A DNA stretch of 64,000 nucleotides from Azolla caroliniana (Eukaryota > Plantae > Polypodiophyta), in contig JBHGNT010000008.1 of NCBI GenBank assembly GCA_043228905.1, forward strand, positions 5,580,001-5,644,000, written 5' to 3'. A program made the position numbers and the translations under genes. Under the pieces are notes generated by a model. The model saw only the letters and a list, made by a program, of their open reading frames with translations, was not told the DNA's origin and ran no database searches. This document shows, one piece after another, positions 59,611 to 64,000 of the stretch. Every line of letters begins with the position of its first letter. Position 1 is the stretch's first letter.

Positions 59611-62514
59611 TGTTAGGAAACAGGTCCCTCCGGATGGGAAGTGAGAAGAACCGTGTTGATGAGCAACTCGGCCGAGGCCAAAACCGGAAATCGTGGAGAT
59701 AGCCAACACGGAAGGCTAAGTTTGTAAATAGTCTGAACATGCCCCCGTGGGCTAAACTTGTAAACAGTCGAAAGGTTACATTAGTATATAAGTACTTAGG
59801 GAATCATGTTAGATGTGTGCGTGATTTGTAAAGTTACTGTTGACGAGGTTGTTATCTCTGTAATTGTGAGAGTGAACAAGTGGGAGTGAAAGCGTGTGAG
59901 CTCCATAGCCGTCTATTGGCGAAGCAGGATCTCGAGGTCGTTACCTCTGAGATCTCTGATTGTATTGCTTTATCTCATAGTGTTCTGTTTCAGAGTTTGT
60001 GGACTCCACGTGGTTTTTCCCAGTTCGGGTTTCCACGTTAAAATCTGTGTCATTCTCAGTTTCTGTATTCTGTTTTTCCTTTCTATTAGATGGACTATTA
60101 TTCTACAAACGTACAACTGGTTGTGGCCGGCAATGATTTTAACTTCAAACTGGTATCAGAGCGAGCAACACAGAAAATGGAAGGAGACGGGAGCGGTTTT
60201 CCAAGTATGATGGTTCTAAATTCACAGAACTATGCGGACTGGAAGATTAAGATGGAAGACCTTCTCATTGTAAAAGCCTTGTATGAGCCAATCGACATAT
60301 CGGAAATACCAAAGGGGGTATTGGAGTCAGACTGGAAGCTTCTGAATAGGAAAGCCGTGGCCACTATCCGACAATGTGTCGACGTAAGTGTCCTTCAGCA
60401 CGTGGCGAACGACACGAATACCCACGAGATGTGGTAGAAGCTGTTGGGTCTCTATGAGAGGAAGAATGTGCTCAACAGAACCTCATTGATGAGGAAAATA
60501 GTAAACCTGAAATACAGAGACGGTGAGAGCATGGTTGAACACGTAAGCACATTTATGGGGTATGTAAATCAACTTGCAGCGATCAAGTTCCCCTTGGATT
60601 ATGCAATGCAGGCAATCATGCTGATGTGTACGTTGTCGTAGTGTAATTCGCACACTACGTGAAAAATTACATTTTTGGTCTCTCCGGATAGGACATGGAG
60701 TACCCGGTGAGAACCGGAAGAAGGAATTGGTAAGGAGACCCGGCAAGAGCCGGATGAAGAAGGCCGGTGAGAGTCGGTGAGAAACGGACAAAGAGATCGG
60801 TAAGGAGGTCCTGGTAAGAACCGGACAAAGAAAACTAGCAAGCACCGGATGAAGCAGAATCGGAAAGAGCCGGATGAAGAAGGCTGGTGAGAGTCTCTCA
60901 CCGGATGAAGAGACATATTTGTAAATAGAAGAAAGTATAAATATATATATATTACATGCATAGGGCAAGATTCGAACCTTGCACCTCCATGTTAATAATG
61001 TTAAGCCTTATCATTATATTAGAGTATTATGAATTTTAAAGTTATATTAAACTTTATCCCATGTAAAATTTCTAGACATACATGGTACAAAAAGTTATTC
61101 ATGCATAGACACTTGAGTTAAAAGAAAAGATGAGATAGAAAGCTAATCATGGACATGCAATGTGCATGAAAACTAAAGATAGGAAAAAGCATGATGCTTG
61201 CTTGTGATAAACTTAGACTCTTCCAACACTATATAAGGAAGAGAGAAAGATGTATAGAGTTGTTGATTATTTTTACAAGGGTTGATTAATATAATATAAT
61301 CGTGGGATCCACGAGTTTGCTAACTATTTTCCTCTCTTAATTTGAGTACTCACTAATACACTATACTCGTGGGATTCACGAGTTTTTCATATCTTTCTTT
61401 CCTACAATATATTTCATATTCTTAATTGCCTTAGAATTTTCTTTCCTCCTAGTCCAAAACCCCAGTGGTTCCCACCCGATTCACGCAACGATCCGGAGCC
61501 GCAAGGCACGACAACGTTGCTGAAAAGCTGGGAGAACTTGGTGGTTACTCTCAGCACCTCCTGCCAAGAAGAGAACTTGTCTTTGTAGACGGTGAAGACA
61601 AGCATCTTGAACGAGGAGGTGCGTCGGAAGAACAAGGAACCGATCCCCGACTCAAAAGACGATGAGTTCGGCTACCGAGTGTGGGACTCGGTCGACCAAA
61701 AAGTATTCTGGAGTCGAGATATTATCTTCATGGAGGACAAGACGATTGTCGACTGGGAGTTAGAGAAGAAGATAATGAACCCCGAGTCGACCAGTAAGGA
61801 AAAGTTTCGATTTGATGAAATGCAGTTCCAACCAGCAAGAAGCCGGTTAGCATTCGATGAACCGTCCGGTGACGGTGTGGAGACAAAACTGGCCGAAGAA
61901 GAAGGAATAGGTGAAACCGAAACCGGACAAGACCCCAAATCGGATTCGGATGAAGAGAAAATGGAGGAGCCGGTTACCGAAGCCCAAGGACACAGATATC
62001 CTCTCAGAGAGAGAAGGCCCCCCCGTAGATTTCCGGATCTAGGCCGAAACCGGAAATCGTGGAGATAGCCAACACGGAAGGCTAAGTTTGTAAATAGTCT
62101 GAACATGCCCCCGTGGGCTAAACTTGTAAACAGTCGAAAGGTTACATTAGTATATAAGTACTTAGAGCAATCATGTTAGATGTGTGCGTGATTTGTAAAG
62201 TTACTGTTGATGAGGTTGTTGCCCCTATAACTATGAGAGTGAACGAGTGGGAGTGAAAGCATGTGAGCTCCATAGCCGCCTGTTGGCGAAGTAGGATCTC
62301 GAGGTCGTTGCCTCTGAGATCTCTGATTGTATTGCTTTGTCTCATAGTGTTCTGTTTCGGAGTTTGTGGACTCCACGTGGTTTTTCCCAGTTCGGGTTTC
62401 CACGTTAAAATCTGTGTCATTCTCAGTTTCTGTATTATGTTTTTCCTTTCCATTAGATTGACTATTATTCCGCACACGTACAACCGGTTGTGGACGGCAA
62501 CGATTTTAACTTCA
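59611..62514 (+). mobile_element. Internally deleted Copia element H, inserted in the LTR of G
   Basis: TSD cggaa at 59606-59610 and 62515-62519; 5' LTR 59611-60147; PBS 60151; gag from ATG 60177; deletions join gag to the post-IN region (~61655) and then to a 5'-truncated 3' LTR (~62040). Confidence 0.87.
60634..61513 (+). mobile_element. Solo-LTR-like insertion in H gag, with an embedded D-family LTR fragment
   Basis: Ends tgtcgt / acgaca; 4-bp TSD acgt (60630-60633, 61514-61517); gag resumes TLLKSWENLVV; TATA near 61231. Confidence 0.68.
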
Positions 62515-62590
62515 CGGAACCCTTCCGAATCCGGTTCCTTCATCCGGCTCGTCCGGTTCTCATCCGGATCCCATCCGGAGGGACCGAATT

Positions 62591-62641
62591 TGTAAAAACG
62601 AAGGTGCGGAAGCTTTAGACAACCGGCTTAGCCGGATAGCA

Positions 62642-62701
<60 letters not shown>

Positions 62702-64000
62702 ACACACAGAAGGTACACGGGAGAGACAGAGATAGAGAAAGGGCAGAACAACTTAAATCTATAGTCATAAACTCTGTAAAATTCTCTTTGTATATACAAC
62801 GTGCTCAACAACACTATTTATACAAGTCCTAAGAGGATTGACAAAAGTACGGTGGACTTCAATGCTCACACGAGCGTTTGACACTAACTACGAGACATTA
62901 ACTACCTTGTAGTCTAGGCTGCTACTAGGCTTCCGGTTACTGCTTGATCCGGCTAACCGGCTCCCTAGCTCACCGGCTCACCAATCCGGCTCATCCTTTT
63001 GGATGTGGATCCGGCTCAGGCTTATTCAGTCGATCCGGATCCGGTTGAGCTTGCCGTTCAACACTCCCTCTCAAGCTCAACTTGAGGTCGGATCATAGTG
63101 TTAGTCTCCATGGCAGCCGGTCCTTCCATCCGGCTCCTTTTGGAATCACTCCGCCTCGCTCGCGCTCCTCGTCCGGTCTGGTCCGGTTCCGTTTGCCGCG
63201 ACCCTTCTGATTTTGTGCACCTCGGCCTCCTCGGTCGGCTTGTCTGCTCAACAGGTCCAATTCAGCTCCCTCGCTGTTGTGACTTCGATGCTTGCCGATT
63301 CGCCGATTCCTTCGTGTTGGCGTCGACTTTCGCCGCATTCTCGTCCTCTTCGCCTTGAATTGATCCGGTTCTTCTGAATCCGTCTGTTGAACCGAATTGG
63401 CTGTCTCGAATTTATTCCAACTCCCGATCCGTCTTCTAGTTCTTCCGAATCCGTCTGAATCGGTCGCTCCCGATTTGTCTTCCGGTTCCAGGCCCTTCAC
63501 CACATCGGACCATGTCCGGGTCTTGGCCTTCTTCTTCCGGTCAGCTCTTTCCTTCTTGACTCTACCACCTTTGCGGCTTGTTCCAACTTGTTTGGATGTG
63601 TCAACTTCCTTTGTCGACTCGGATCCTTTCTTCTTCTTGTCTCTCCCTTTGTCGGCTCTTCCCTCACCGGCACAATCGGTAGTTTCTTTGCCTTTGCCCG
63701 TTCCGGTGTCTTTGCCCATTCTCCCCCTCAAGTGTGGCACGTCGAGATGCTAAACACCAAGCATTTCAGTGAAGTGCTGCATCTTGTCCGATCAGAGCGG
63801 TTTGGTGAAGATGTCGGCAACTTGTTGATCCATATGAACATACTGAAGTTCGACTTTACCGCTCAGGACACGCTCACGCACGAAGTGGTAGTGCACTTCG
63901 ATGTGCTTTGTGCGAGCATGGAATATGGGGTTCTTGGTGAGCTGCATGCTGCTTATGTAGTTGCAGTACATTAGGATCGGGGTTGGCACTTCGATCCGCA
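62591..64000 (-). mobile_element. Copia element I (element A family), 3' end; runs off the window
   Basis: 3' LTR 62591-63063 homologous to the A LTR; PPT; RH end KNPIFHARTKHIEVHYHFVRE plus the C-terminal extension ORF 63093-63740. Confidence 0.88.

Larger units (their letters stand above)
56261..62590 (-). mobile_element. Copia element G (D-family), 3'-truncated; 5' LTR 59123-59610 + 62520-62590 interrupted by H and I
   Basis: PBS gctttgatacca 59108-59119; deleted gag, PR, IN ORF 57244-58251, RT up to 56261. Confidence 0.82.

Overview
Eukaryotic land-plant DNA, most likely a non-seed plant such as a fern. This is an inference from the Tcn1-type chromoviruses and the LINE/Copia types, not a certain assignment. 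The window has two parts. (1) 1-24.8 kb is an AT-rich gene island with one intron-containing class II KNOX (TALE homeobox) gene on the minus strand: 5 coding exons, 12057->3667, about 467 aa, with a 5.9-kb intron inside the homeodomain. Around it are telomere-like and GA repeats, microsatellites, two LINE relics, hAT-type MITEs and a tRNA-derived SINE-like piece. (2) 24.85-64 kb is a deeply nested LTR-retrotransposon pile, resolved here using LTR termini, PBS/PPT and target-site duplications (TSDs). It includes one apparently intact young chromovirus (43270-49039). Most notable: the chromovirus has a -1 frameshift signal (G_UUA_AAC plus a predicted H-type pseudoknot), a Tf1-like self-priming site in place of a tRNA PBS, and a tRNA-like Pol III A/B-box cassette at its LTR tip. 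Also seen: a 60-bp TG..TA micro-element with a 5-bp TSD, a conserved post-RNase H Pol extension in one Copia family, a conserved hairpin over the PPT, telomere-repeat filler replacing an integrase active-site segment, and an in-frame gypsy/copia integrase chimera. All calls were read by eye; no searches were run.
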